64,000 nucleotides of DNA, from positions 1,792,001 to 1,856,000 of the forward strand of contig CM000152.2 in NCBI GenBank assembly GCA_000004695.1, in the 5' to 3' direction. The notes beneath the pieces were generated by a model, which was given only the letters and a program-made list of their open reading frames with translations, was not told the origin of the DNA and searched no databases. Numbering within the stretch: the first letter of the stretch is position 1; each line of letters opens with the position of its first letter. The DNA is from Dictyostelium discoideum (taxonomy: Eukaryota). The position numbers were made by a program, and so were the translations under genes. Shown piece by piece: positions 47,321 to 64,000 of this stretch.

Positions 47321-47517
47321 TTTATTATTTGATGTTGATAAAGTTGAATTTAAGGAACAAGTTGTATCTATACCCAATTGACCATGACTATTTGAACCCC
47401 ATGAATAAATATTTCCATTATTATCACATGCTAAACTATGTGCCCATCCTCCTGAACAATTTTTTATTTTAATTGAGTTTATTTTAAAGTAATTTAATAT
47501 TGTTGGAATTGTTTGAT

Positions 47518-47592
<75 letters not shown>

Positions 47593-47914
47593 CATTTGAA
47601 TTTATTCCTAATTGACCACTATCATTTGAACCAAATGTATATAGATCTCCATTATCAATAATCATCATTGAATGACAACCTCCGCCAACTATATCATTGA
47701 CAATTTCATAATCTTTTTTACCATCTGGTGGTAAAACTAAAGTTGGTGTACTAACACTATCATCAGTATTACCAATACCTAATTGTCCTAAATTTCCTGA
47801 TCCCCCTTTATATTTATTTTAAATTAATTTAGAAAATCAATATATATGCGTGAGTGTGTGTGGGATTGTATATGATTTTTTAATTTGTAATATCTTACAA
47901 GAATAAATTTTCAT
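46283..47914 (-). CDS. RCC1-repeat (regulator of chromosome condensation-like) protein, 2 exons: join(46283..47805,47899..47914), about 512 aa, with a 16-nt first exon.
   Basis: The ORF frame is open upstream of the M at 47668 (..YKGGSGNLGQLGIGNTDDSVSTPTLVLPPDGKK..). ATGAAAATTTATTCTT|gtaaga (ATG at 47914, donor at 47898) to ataaag|GGGGATCAGG (exon from 47805) gives MKIYSWGSGNLGQLG, a canonical RCC1 Y-x-WG-x-N-x-GQLG repeat. Further repeats: IYSWGSNSHGQLG, VYGWGCNKFGQLS, LSFGQNKFGQLGNG. Confidence 0.55.
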
Positions 47915-48169
47915 TTTTATTATTACTATTGTTATGAAAAGAATATATAAAAAAAAAATAAAAATATTTATAAAAACATTCAGATATCACACTTTTGAAA
48001 AAAAAAAAAAAATATTTTCATTTTATTTTTTTTTTTTTTTCAAAAATAATCCCAAAAATAGAATGAAATAAAAATAAATAAATAAATATATTATTTATTA
48101 TTTTATTATTATTATTATTATTTTTTTTACTATTACACAGAGTCTTGTATACAAATTATTTAAAATTTA

Positions 48170-53388
<5,219 letters not shown>

Positions 53389-53496
53389 TTTTTTTTTTTT
53401 TTTTTTTTTTTTTTAGGATTTGTTGTTGGTTAATATTTTAAATTTTAAATTCTTTTGATACTATAGCTGTAAATCGAGTTTATAAAATAAAATAAA

Positions 53497-53554
<58 letters not shown>

Positions 53555-54172
53555 TTTGTTTTGTCAAAATTTAAAATTGATCAAACCATAAAAAAAAAAA
53601 AAAAAAATTTTCTGTGCGAATTGTTTTTTTTTTTTTTTTTTCTCTTTTTTTTTATTTTATTTATTTTTATTTTTTAATTTTTTTTTTAATTTTTTTTTTC
53701 TGATAGATTTTAATTTTTACGACAAAAAAAACAGTTGGAAAAAAAAAAATTGTTATGGAAACAATTGACTATTTTTTTTTTTTTTTTTTATTTTGAAAGC
53801 CACAAAAAAAAAAAAAAACAATAATAAAAAAAAAAATAAAAATAAAAATAAAAAAAAAAGTGAAAAAATGATTGGCCAAAAATTTTGAATCTGATGACAA
53901 GATTTTTTTTTTTTTTCACTGATTGGTTGAATCACATTATGAGATTTATTGAAAATCCAAAAAAAAAAAATAAAAAAAAAAAAAAAATTTTTAATTTTAT
54001 TTTTTTCTTATAACGCAATAAGAAATTAGACAACAGCCAATCCTTAGCACAGCTATGAATTCAAAAATTTTTTATCACGGTTTATTTTTAATATTATTAT
54101 TTTTATTATATTTTTTTTGTTTTTATTTTTATTTTATTCCATTTAATTTATTTTATTGTTTTGATGATTTTA

Positions 54173-55156
54173 TTAGTTATTTATAAAATTAATATCAAAT
54201 TTTTTCTCTGGAAAATGTGAACAAAAATTAAAATTTGAATTTTCATATTTATATAAGCCACATCCTTTGTCATATATAAAAGAATGAGTTTTTCTTAAGC
54301 TATATCTTTTTTTGGAGAACCAATTTAAAATTTTTTCATTGGAAGTATGATATGACTTTGCAAAATATTCAACTCTCTCCTCTTGAGGGAAAGGATAATT
54401 TTCAAAGTAGACATAGAGCTCCTTTGTTGTTTTGGTGAATTTCTTGGTTGAATTTTGTTTATATTCCAAATGTTGAGCTTTTTTAAGATTTTCTCTTTTA
54501 TGTTTGAACCAAGTTACTATTTGTTCAACAGACATATCAAATTGATAGGCAATAATTTCCTTTTCAATTGCATCTGGAAATGGATTAGAATTAAACAAAT
54601 TTTCAAGTTGATCTTTATGTTCTTTGGTTTTTCTTGATCTTGTTTTTTTAACTTTGGGTGGTACAACAGATTCATTCCCATCTTTATTATTTTGAATTTC
54701 ACTTTGATTATCTGATTGATTATCTGATTGATTATCAGATTGACAATCAGATTGATTATCTGATTGATAATCAGATTGATAATTATTTTGGAATTCAATT
54801 TTATTATAAGATTGATTTAAATGATGGCAACTATTTTTTGTTTCATTTTGTTGGAGATTATTTTTTAAAATATTTTCACTGTTAAAGAAATAATAGTTTC
54901 CATTGTCATTTTTATTATTATTATTATTATTATTTTTATTGTTACAATTATAGCTATAATTATTTGAGACATTATTACTAATATTGTCGTAAAAATTAAA
55001 ATAAAGTTTATTTCCTTGAATATATGAAGTTGGAGAAGACAAATTAGAAGGTGGTTGTTGTTCAACTTCTGTGGAGTCATTGCAGAAATCTTCCTTAAAT
55101 TTTATTTTTAAATTATTTCTATTTTTAACATTTTGTTTATTATTATTATTTTCCAT
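54173..55156 (-). CDS. Homeobox protein with two homeodomains (327 aa), single exon.
   Basis: ATG at 55156. HD1: [59 protein letters not shown]2: [52 protein letters not shown]. Both show the helix-3 WF.xKR pattern. Contains a 9-bp (caatctgat)n array encoding QSD(N/Y/C) repeats at 54700..54790. Confidence 0.6.
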
Positions 55157-55526
55157 CCTTTTTATTTTTTTTTTTTTTTTTATTTTTTTTTTTTATTTAT
55201 TTTTTTTAGAAAATTTTAAAATGGACTATATTTTTTTGATGGAAAAATAAGATTTAAAAAAAAATTGAAAAAAAAAAAAAAAAAGAAAAGGTTGATGATA
55301 AAAAAAATTTTTTTTTTTTTTTTTTTTGTCTTTTTTTTATTTTATTTTTTTTATTTTTTTTTTTTTGAAAGACAACTTTTAAGGAATTCAAAAAAAAAAA
55401 AAAAATGATTAAAAAAATATAAAAAAATTAATAAAAAAATAAAAAAAAAAAAGAAAACCTCGGATGTGTTTTTTTTTTTGATTAAAAAAATTATTATTAT
55501 TGAGATAAATAATTTTTTTGCTTGGG

Positions 55527-55562
<36 letters not shown>

Positions 55563-56179
55563 TATAAATCCATACACTCTCAGTGAAAGTTAAAATCTAT
55601 AAAATCTAAAATATGTGGTCAATAGTGGTTGTGGTACTAAAAATAAAAAATTAATGACCATAAGAAGTAACAATAAAATATTCACACAATATCCAGGTTT
55701 TCTTTTGTTAAAGTGGACACAAAGTGGTTTGTTTATCTAATTTTTCATATAATCAAAGACTCTAAAAATAGTATAGATTTTTTATCTAATTGAATGTGAT
55801 TAAATTTCAGAGTGTATCTTGAGTTTAAAAAAAATCTATACCTCATAATAAGATAAATTAAAATAAATTATATTTTTTATTATCATTTTTTCAAAATTAT
55901 ATTACAATTAAAGGAAGTATAAATATTTTTTTTAATTTTTTTTATTTTGAATTGTTTTTTTTTTTTTTTTTTTTCAATTTTTTTTTTTTCAATTTTTTTT
56001 TTTTTTTTCAATTTTTTTGGACTAGATTTGCCCATGTGCATCAAAACACCACTTTGAAAAATGATAAAAATAGGATTTTTATTTTCTTTTTTTATTTTAT
56101 TTTTTTTTAAATTAAATTATTTTTGTTCAACCCAATCGTTAATTATTTATTTTTATTATTTTTATTATTATTATTATTG

Positions 56180-56223
<44 letters not shown>

Positions 56224-56340
56224 TATTTTTTTTTTTTTTTTCTTTATTAATTTTATCCAGTGTTCGATAAATTAAATTTTTTTGAAACATTCAAAGATTT
56301 TGTGTTCGAATTAAAGGATCTTGAGAAACTTTACAAAAAA

Positions 56341-56415
<75 letters not shown>

Positions 56416-56642
56416 TTTTAATTTTTCCCATAATAATTAATTTTAAAAAAAAGAGATTAAAATTTGAGGAGATTAAAATAAACACTACCTCCCAAAAAAA
56501 TTAATTAAAAATTAAAAATTTAAAAAAAATAAAAAAAAAAAAAAAATAAAAAAAAACGAATGGAAAAAAAATTAATCACGGAATTTGGTATTTTTTTATT
56601 TTTTTATTTTTTTATTTTTTTTTTTTAAATTAAAAAACGATA

Positions 56643-56963
56643 ATGAAAAGATTACTTGAGATATCTTGTCAAAAACAAAATTCCATTAAATCATTATCTA
56701 CACCATTATCAAAATATGTAAATAATAATAATAGTAATAATTACAAAGCCATATTTATAAATCCACAACAAAACCAACATCATCAACAACAACAACAAAT
56801 AAAATTTAATAACAGTAGTAATACAAAAACCTTTAATATAAATGAATTTAATTTAAATTTTAAAAGATTGTTTTGTACAAATAAAAATATAAAAAATGAA
56901 ATAGAGAATGAAATAGAGAATAATAAAGTTGAAAAGGAAGATGAAGAAGAGGAATTAAATGTA

Positions 56964-57019
<56 letters not shown>

Positions 57020-59168
57020 TATAGAAGAAACCAATAAACAACAACAACAACAACAACAACCATATCAAAGAGTTTTAATGAAACCAATTTCAAATAAACC
57101 AGTTATTGCAATTATTGGTAAACCAAATGTTGGAAAGAGTACAATTTTTAATAGAATTATAGAAGGACAAAGAAGAGCATTAGTAGAGGAGATACCAGGT
57201 ACTACTAGAGATCGTTATTATGGTGAAGGATTTTTATATGGACGTGAATTTATATTGGTTGATACAGGTGGTTTAATTGGTGAATCTAAAGAAGATAAAG
57301 ATCAATTTCAAGGGGTAATTCAAGACCAAGCAGAGATTGCAATGGAAGAAGCCGATGCAATTCTATTCGTATTGGATTATAAAAGTGGTTTAACATCAAT
57401 TGATAAAGAGTTGGCAAGAATGTTAAGATCAAAAAGACAAAAACTTGGTAAACCAATTTACATTGGTGTTAATAAAGCAGACAATGTTTCAATGAGGGGT
57501 GAAGACTTCGAAGAGATGAAAACTCAAATCACAAGATTAGGATTCGGTGAACCTATACCATTTTCAGCACATCACGGTGACAATGTTCATAGTATGTTTG
57601 AGTTAATTCTATCTCAATTCCCTCACATGGATTTATCATTGGAGAAATTGGAAGAGGATTTAAAACCTGGTCCAATTAGAATTTCAATAGTTGGTCAACC
57701 AAATGCCGGTAAATCAAGTTTACTCAATAAAATCATTGAAGAAGAACGTTCAATCGTTTCCGATATTCCAGGTACAACACATGATCCTGTTGATTGTAAT
57801 TTCCTTTGGCGTGATACTCATGAACTATCATTAATCGATACAGCAGGTATTAGAAGACGTTCAACTCATAAAATTGGTTTAGAGAAATCTTCAGTATTAT
57901 GGGCATTAAAAGCAATTGAAAAATCTCATGTAGTTTTCATTGTAATCGATGCTACAATTGGTATCACTGAACAAGATTTAAAAATTGCAAGTTTTGTTGT
58001 TGAAAATAGAAAAAGTATGATTATAATTGTAAATAAATGGGATCTTTATTTAAAGAATAAACATGCAACTCAAAAAATAACTGATAAATTATTTTTCCAT
58101 GATTTCCAAAACAAATCATCATCATCATCGTCAAAATCGATTGCAAATGAAAATTTTGATACAAGTTTTACTTTAGATACATTACTTGATGATTTAATTT
58201 CAAATAATATTAAAAATTCAAAAACTGATGATGTTTTAAATAGAAATGGTAAGAAAAAAGATTCATCAAAAAAGAAATCTTCAATTTTAGAAGAAAGAAA
58301 AACAAGAAAACAAAAAATAAGAGAGGAACAAGAAGAAGAAAAACAAAAACAATTACAACATTCTTCAGATTTAGAATATTCAAATATTTATTGGCCAGAT
58401 GCTAAAAATGGTCAAATTAATTATGTTGATGATATTGATGATATTGATGATATTAATGATATTGGAGATGATGGAGAAGTATATGATTTTGATATTGATG
58501 AAATTTTAAAAGAAGAAAGATATGAAGAAGGTAAAGAAGGTGATAAAGATGAAGAAGAAGGAGACAGTGATGAAAAATTCCAAAAAGCATATATTGAATA
58601 TTTAAAAAATAAAGAACTTAAATTAGAAGAATTGGAAAAGATTACTAGTCAAAATAAAATTAAAAGACCATTACCACCAAATGTTGAAATGCCAAAAATT
58701 ACTAAACTTCAAAAAGATTATGAAACTGAATTACGTTCAAAATTATCATTTTTAGATTTTGCACCAATTTTATTCACATCAGCTAAAACTGGATTTTGTG
58801 TTCCAACAGCAGTAGATCTTTCAATTAAAATCTTTTTCGAACGTGAGAAAAAATTACGTGTTGCAGAGTTAATAGAAATCATTAAATTGGTTTCATTTAA
58901 ACATAAATTCCCAAAAATGGGTAGAAATACTTTAAAATTGAAATTTGCACAACAAGCAAGAGGTTATCCACCAACTTTTGTATTTTGGGTAAATCATCCT
59001 GATAATGTTGAACCTTCAGTAGTTAGATTCCTATTACGTAGTATTAGAGATTATTATCCATTCGTTGGTACTCCAATTTATGTTCAATTTAGAAAAAATA
59101 GAGCAAATAAAAAAAAATTTTATAAAAAGGTATCATCATCATCAAATAAAGGTGGAAAGAAGAAATAA
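56643..59168 (+). CDS. EngA/Der-type double-GTPase (two tandem G domains + C-terminal KH-like domain), 841 aa, with an N-terminal extension and a large charged insertion. Probably an organellar ribosome-assembly GTPase.
   Basis: G1: VIAIIGKPNVGKSTIFNRI..IPGTTRDR..LVDTGGL..NKAD. G2: IRISIVGQPNAGKSSLLNKI..IPGTTHDPVD..LIDTAGIRRR..IVNKWDL. The C-terminus RFLLRSIRDYYPFVGTPIYVQFRK is typical of the EngA KH-like domain. Single ORF, ATG at 56643. Confidence 0.65.
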
Positions 59169-59381
59169 CAATAGTAAATATTAAAAATAAAATTAAAAAA
59201 TTAATTAAAACTTATTGTAAATACTATATATATATATTAAGAAAAAAAAAAAAAAAAAACCAAATTTGATTTACAAAATGTATCTATAGACATTTATATA
59301 TTATTTTTATTTTTTTTTAATTTTTTTTATTTAATGTAAATAAATAATAAATTTCCAGTTTTTTTATTTTTTTTTTTTTTT

Positions 59382-60704
<1,323 letters not shown>

Positions 60705-60720
60705 ATTTTGATTTGTCTTT

Positions 60721-60752
<32 letters not shown>

Positions 60753-61230
60753 TTTCTTTTTTTTTTTTATTTTATTTATGATAAAAATATTAATAACCGC
60801 CCCTCACGACATATATATTGCTATTATTATTATTATTTTATATTGTGTATCTTCTTCAAAAGGTTGAAACAAGTGTGTAAAAAAAAAAAAAATTTTCATT
60901 TTTTTTATTTTTATTTTTTTTTTTATTTTAAAATTATTTTTTAACTTTTGTTTTGGGTTAAAACAAATCCATTTTTTTCCAGATTTTTATATTAAAAAAT
61001 AGTTTTACAAAAAAAAAAAAAAAAAAAAAATATTAAAAATAAAAAAAAATATAAAAAATAAAAACAATGGTTTGAAAATCAATTTTGTCAAAAACCTAAA
61101 AATAGAATCAAAAAAATTTTGTAAATTGGTTGAAAAAAAAAAAAAAAAACAAAATTACAAAAGGTTAATGTGCCACCATTTTGTTTGGAAGGTTGTTTTT
61201 TTTTGTTTTAATTTTTATTTTTAATTTTTA

Positions 61231-62643
61231 TTAAACATTTTCAACAAAACCAAATGATGGTTTTTGTGATTGTTGATTTGAGGGTATTAAAGGTTGATTA
61301 CTGTCACTTCTTATAAAATCATTAATTTCAATTGATTCACTATCATCATCATCGTCGTCATCATCATCATAACCTATATTCGCGCCATTAATTGGCTGTT
61401 GTTGTATAGTTTCTAATTTTATATTGCCATTATCATTCTTATTAATAATATTATTATTATTATTATCATCATTATTATTATTAATATTGATTGGTTGATT
61501 ATTTGTAGTTGCTATTATTGAAGAGGAAGAGGAGGAAGGAGAAGAAGAATTATTTAATAATCTTTGTTGTTGTAAATAAAGTTCATTCTCTCTCCAATAA
61601 GTACCATCAGTTTTTGGAAAACCTATTGGGAAAAACCATTGAATTAAAGTATCACCCATAACTTCTCTAAAATTAAATTTCCAACCTTTATCGAATTTCC
61701 ATTTATATTTTAATCCATTCCTTCTTGCATATTTTCCTTCTTTCTTTCTTTCATATCTTTCAACGGGTGTATAATTTCCTAACAAAAATTCCATTTGAAA
61801 GAAGAATAAACCACTAACACCTAACAATACTGGTAATACACCAGAGAAATTAAAAATATACATTATTGTTACTATTATACTTGATACTAAAAAATCAACT
61901 TCATTTGAATTGTTATTATTATTATTATTAATTTTAGCACTATTTGAATCATTTAACTAAATATAATAAGATTGATAAGATGTTAATATATATATATATA
62001 TTATAAATACACTAAATATATACACTACATTTAAATTAACATTTAAAATATAAAAACCTGATATAGTTAAAGTTGTGATTGTAATTGAAGTTAATATTAC
62101 AACATAAAATAAAAATTGAATGAAAAACTTTTGATTTCTAAAACCAGTACAATTACCAATCCAAGGACAATGATGATCATGTTTTAGAATACATCTTTTA
62201 CATTGTTTACAATGATGAGTTCTTGGTGGTTTAAAAGCACAACATTGTGAACAGAATCTAGCTTTGTTGTTGTTGTTGTTGTTGTTTTTACTGTTTTTAC
62301 TATTTACAATTGTTATTGTACTTAAATCATCATCAACCAATACTGTAGTTGATTTAGATTTATTATTACTTTGATTTAAATGTTTGAATTGGTCAATTAA
62401 TATTGTTAAATCTTGTTTTGTTTTACCTTCTGGTAACCATGTTGATGGTGGACTACCTGGATCTGTTAATACTGACATACTATAACATCTTAATAATAAT
62501 AATGCTAATAAATGATATACTATTATATATGTTTGTCCCCATATATTATTAAAAAAATTTAATGGTTCATAAACTAAAATCCATTGACTACATATAACAA
62601 ATAATATAAATATATATACACCAATAACTGAAATTGTTATCAT
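61231..62643 (-). CDS. DHHC-type zinc-finger protein S-acyltransferase, 2 exons: join(61231..61956,~62029..62643). The exact donor is uncertain.
   Basis: ATG at 62643. DHHC-CRD: CSQCCAFKPPRTHHCKQCKRCILKHDHHCPWIGNCTGFRNQKFF, flanked by hydrophobic helices. The read-through frame hits TAG exactly at acceptor atatttag|TTAAATGATTC (exon from 61956). Candidate phase-0 donors are AAT|gtagtg (62028) or AAT|gttaat (62040). Downstream exon gives ..VDFLVSSIIVTIMYIFNFSGVLPVLLGV..NYTPVERYERKK.. Confidence 0.6.
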
Positions 62644-62672
62644 TTTATTATTATTAATTAATTTTTTTTTTT

Positions 62673-62723
<51 letters not shown>

Positions 62724-63052
62724 TCTATTATTATTATTATTATTATTATTACAACTATTGTTTTATGGTTACATTACTAAAAAAAAAAAAAAAAAAAAAA
62801 AAGAAATCGTTATTTATTTGATTTTAAGGGAGTTGTTTAAAAATAAATATTAAAAAAAAAAAATTAAAAAATTAAAAAATTAAATTATTTTGGGTTTTTT
62901 TTTTTTTTTATTTTTTTTTATTTTTTTTTTATTTTTTTAGCTTTTCCAAAAAAAAAAAAAAAAAAAAAAAAAAAACGATACAGAACTCAATTTTAATTAA
63001 TTTCAAAAAATAAAATAAAAATAAAAAAAAAATAAAAAATAAAAATTAAAAT

Positions 63053-63458
63053 ATGAATCAACTTAAACCAAAATTATCATCTATTTCAAAGTTTTCATTT
63101 ATTCGGATTAATAATATAAATAGAATAAAATATTTCACAACTAATACAAATATTGATAAAAATAATGAAAATAATGAAAATAATGAAAATAATGAAAATA
63201 ATGATATATTTAATTTAACCGAAAAAATAGTTTCAAAATTTATAGTTAATAATAATATTAGGAAAATTAATGATGAAAATAATAAAAAAATTACAAAAAA
63301 ATATCAATTAAATTTCAATAATAAAAATAATAACAAAAATAAATCAAATAAATTTCAAAAAGATTTAAATAATGAAAATAATGACAATGAAGAAAATAAT
63401 GAAAATAATGAAAATAATGAAAATAATGAAAATTACTATAATGAATTAAAAGGTAATA

Positions 63459-63546
<88 letters not shown>

Positions 63547-64000
63547 GAAAAAAAAAGAATTAAAAGATAATTATGAAATTTATGAAGATCCAAATCAAAG
63601 AATTGCATATAAAACATTAACAGTTGTAAAAGTTAAAGATGATACACATATAGATTATGCATTACAACAATTAAGAATTCAATTAAAGGGTAAAACAGGA
63701 TGGAATAAAGATAAAAATATAATCATTGGTAATATTCAATGGTCAAGAATTAATGATTTTATAAAAAATAATACTTATTATGATGATAATGAAGATTTTA
63801 ATATAAAAGTTAAAGAAAATGATGATGATAATAATAATAACCAATCACAACCATTTATTGGATTTTGTAAACAAATATTTCCAAATAGTATTTTGATTGA
63901 AGAACAATCGAATGGTAAATGGAGTGATATTGGATATGATTTCATTTCTAGTAATTTTAAACATTGTAAATGGAGAACATGGAGAATTCAAATAGTTACA
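63053..64000 (+). CDS. Hypothetical Asn-rich protein, 3'-partial (ORF runs off the window end).
   Basis: ATG at 63053 (MNQLKPKLSSISKFSFIRINNINRIKYF..). The frame stays open through the (AAT)n tract to position 64000 (checked codon by codon). The minus ORF 63315..63617 is an antisense artefact. Confidence 0.4.

Overview
The window is about 78-80% A+T. Asn/Gln/Ser-rich coding microsatellites, short AT-rich introns with GTAAGT/GTATGT donors, and a tRNA-targeted non-LTR retrotransposon are diagnostic of a Dictyostelium discoideum-type social-amoeba chromosome arm, not a prokaryotic accessory island. I find no CRISPR array, operon or defence/secretion system.

The window carries about 20 protein-coding genes on both strands. 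Most are interrupted by one to five small introns, which I placed by reading frame and splice consensus. Domain calls are family-level, made by eye from memory of the family motifs:
- peptidyl-tRNA-hydrolase-like protein
- Nse1 RING-like SMC5/6 subunit
- GATA-like zinc-finger protein
- cytohesin-like Sec7+PH ArfGEF preceded by four hydrophobic helices
- Mpp10
- PHO80-type cyclin
- RCC1-repeat protein
- Mei2-like RRM protein
- two-homeodomain protein
- EngA/Der double GTPase
- DHHC palmitoyltransferase
- several low-complexity hypothetical proteins

The stand-out structure lies at 7.3-16.1 kb. A tRNA-Val(UAC) gene sits at 15996..16069. About 46 bp upstream is a head-to-tail tandem of two TRE5-A-type non-LTR retrotransposons on the minus strand. 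One is full-length (5.9 kb) with A-modules, B-module, ORF1, ORF2 (endonuclease, RT, CCHC), oligo(A), a second B-module and a C-module. The other is a 2.6-kb ORF2-deleted copy. Each is flanked by the same 14-bp sequence, present three times; I read this as target-site duplications from serial integration at the same tRNA-defined position. An older diverged TRE5-like relic lies further upstream.

All functional assignments are motif recognition by eye and should be confirmed by database search.
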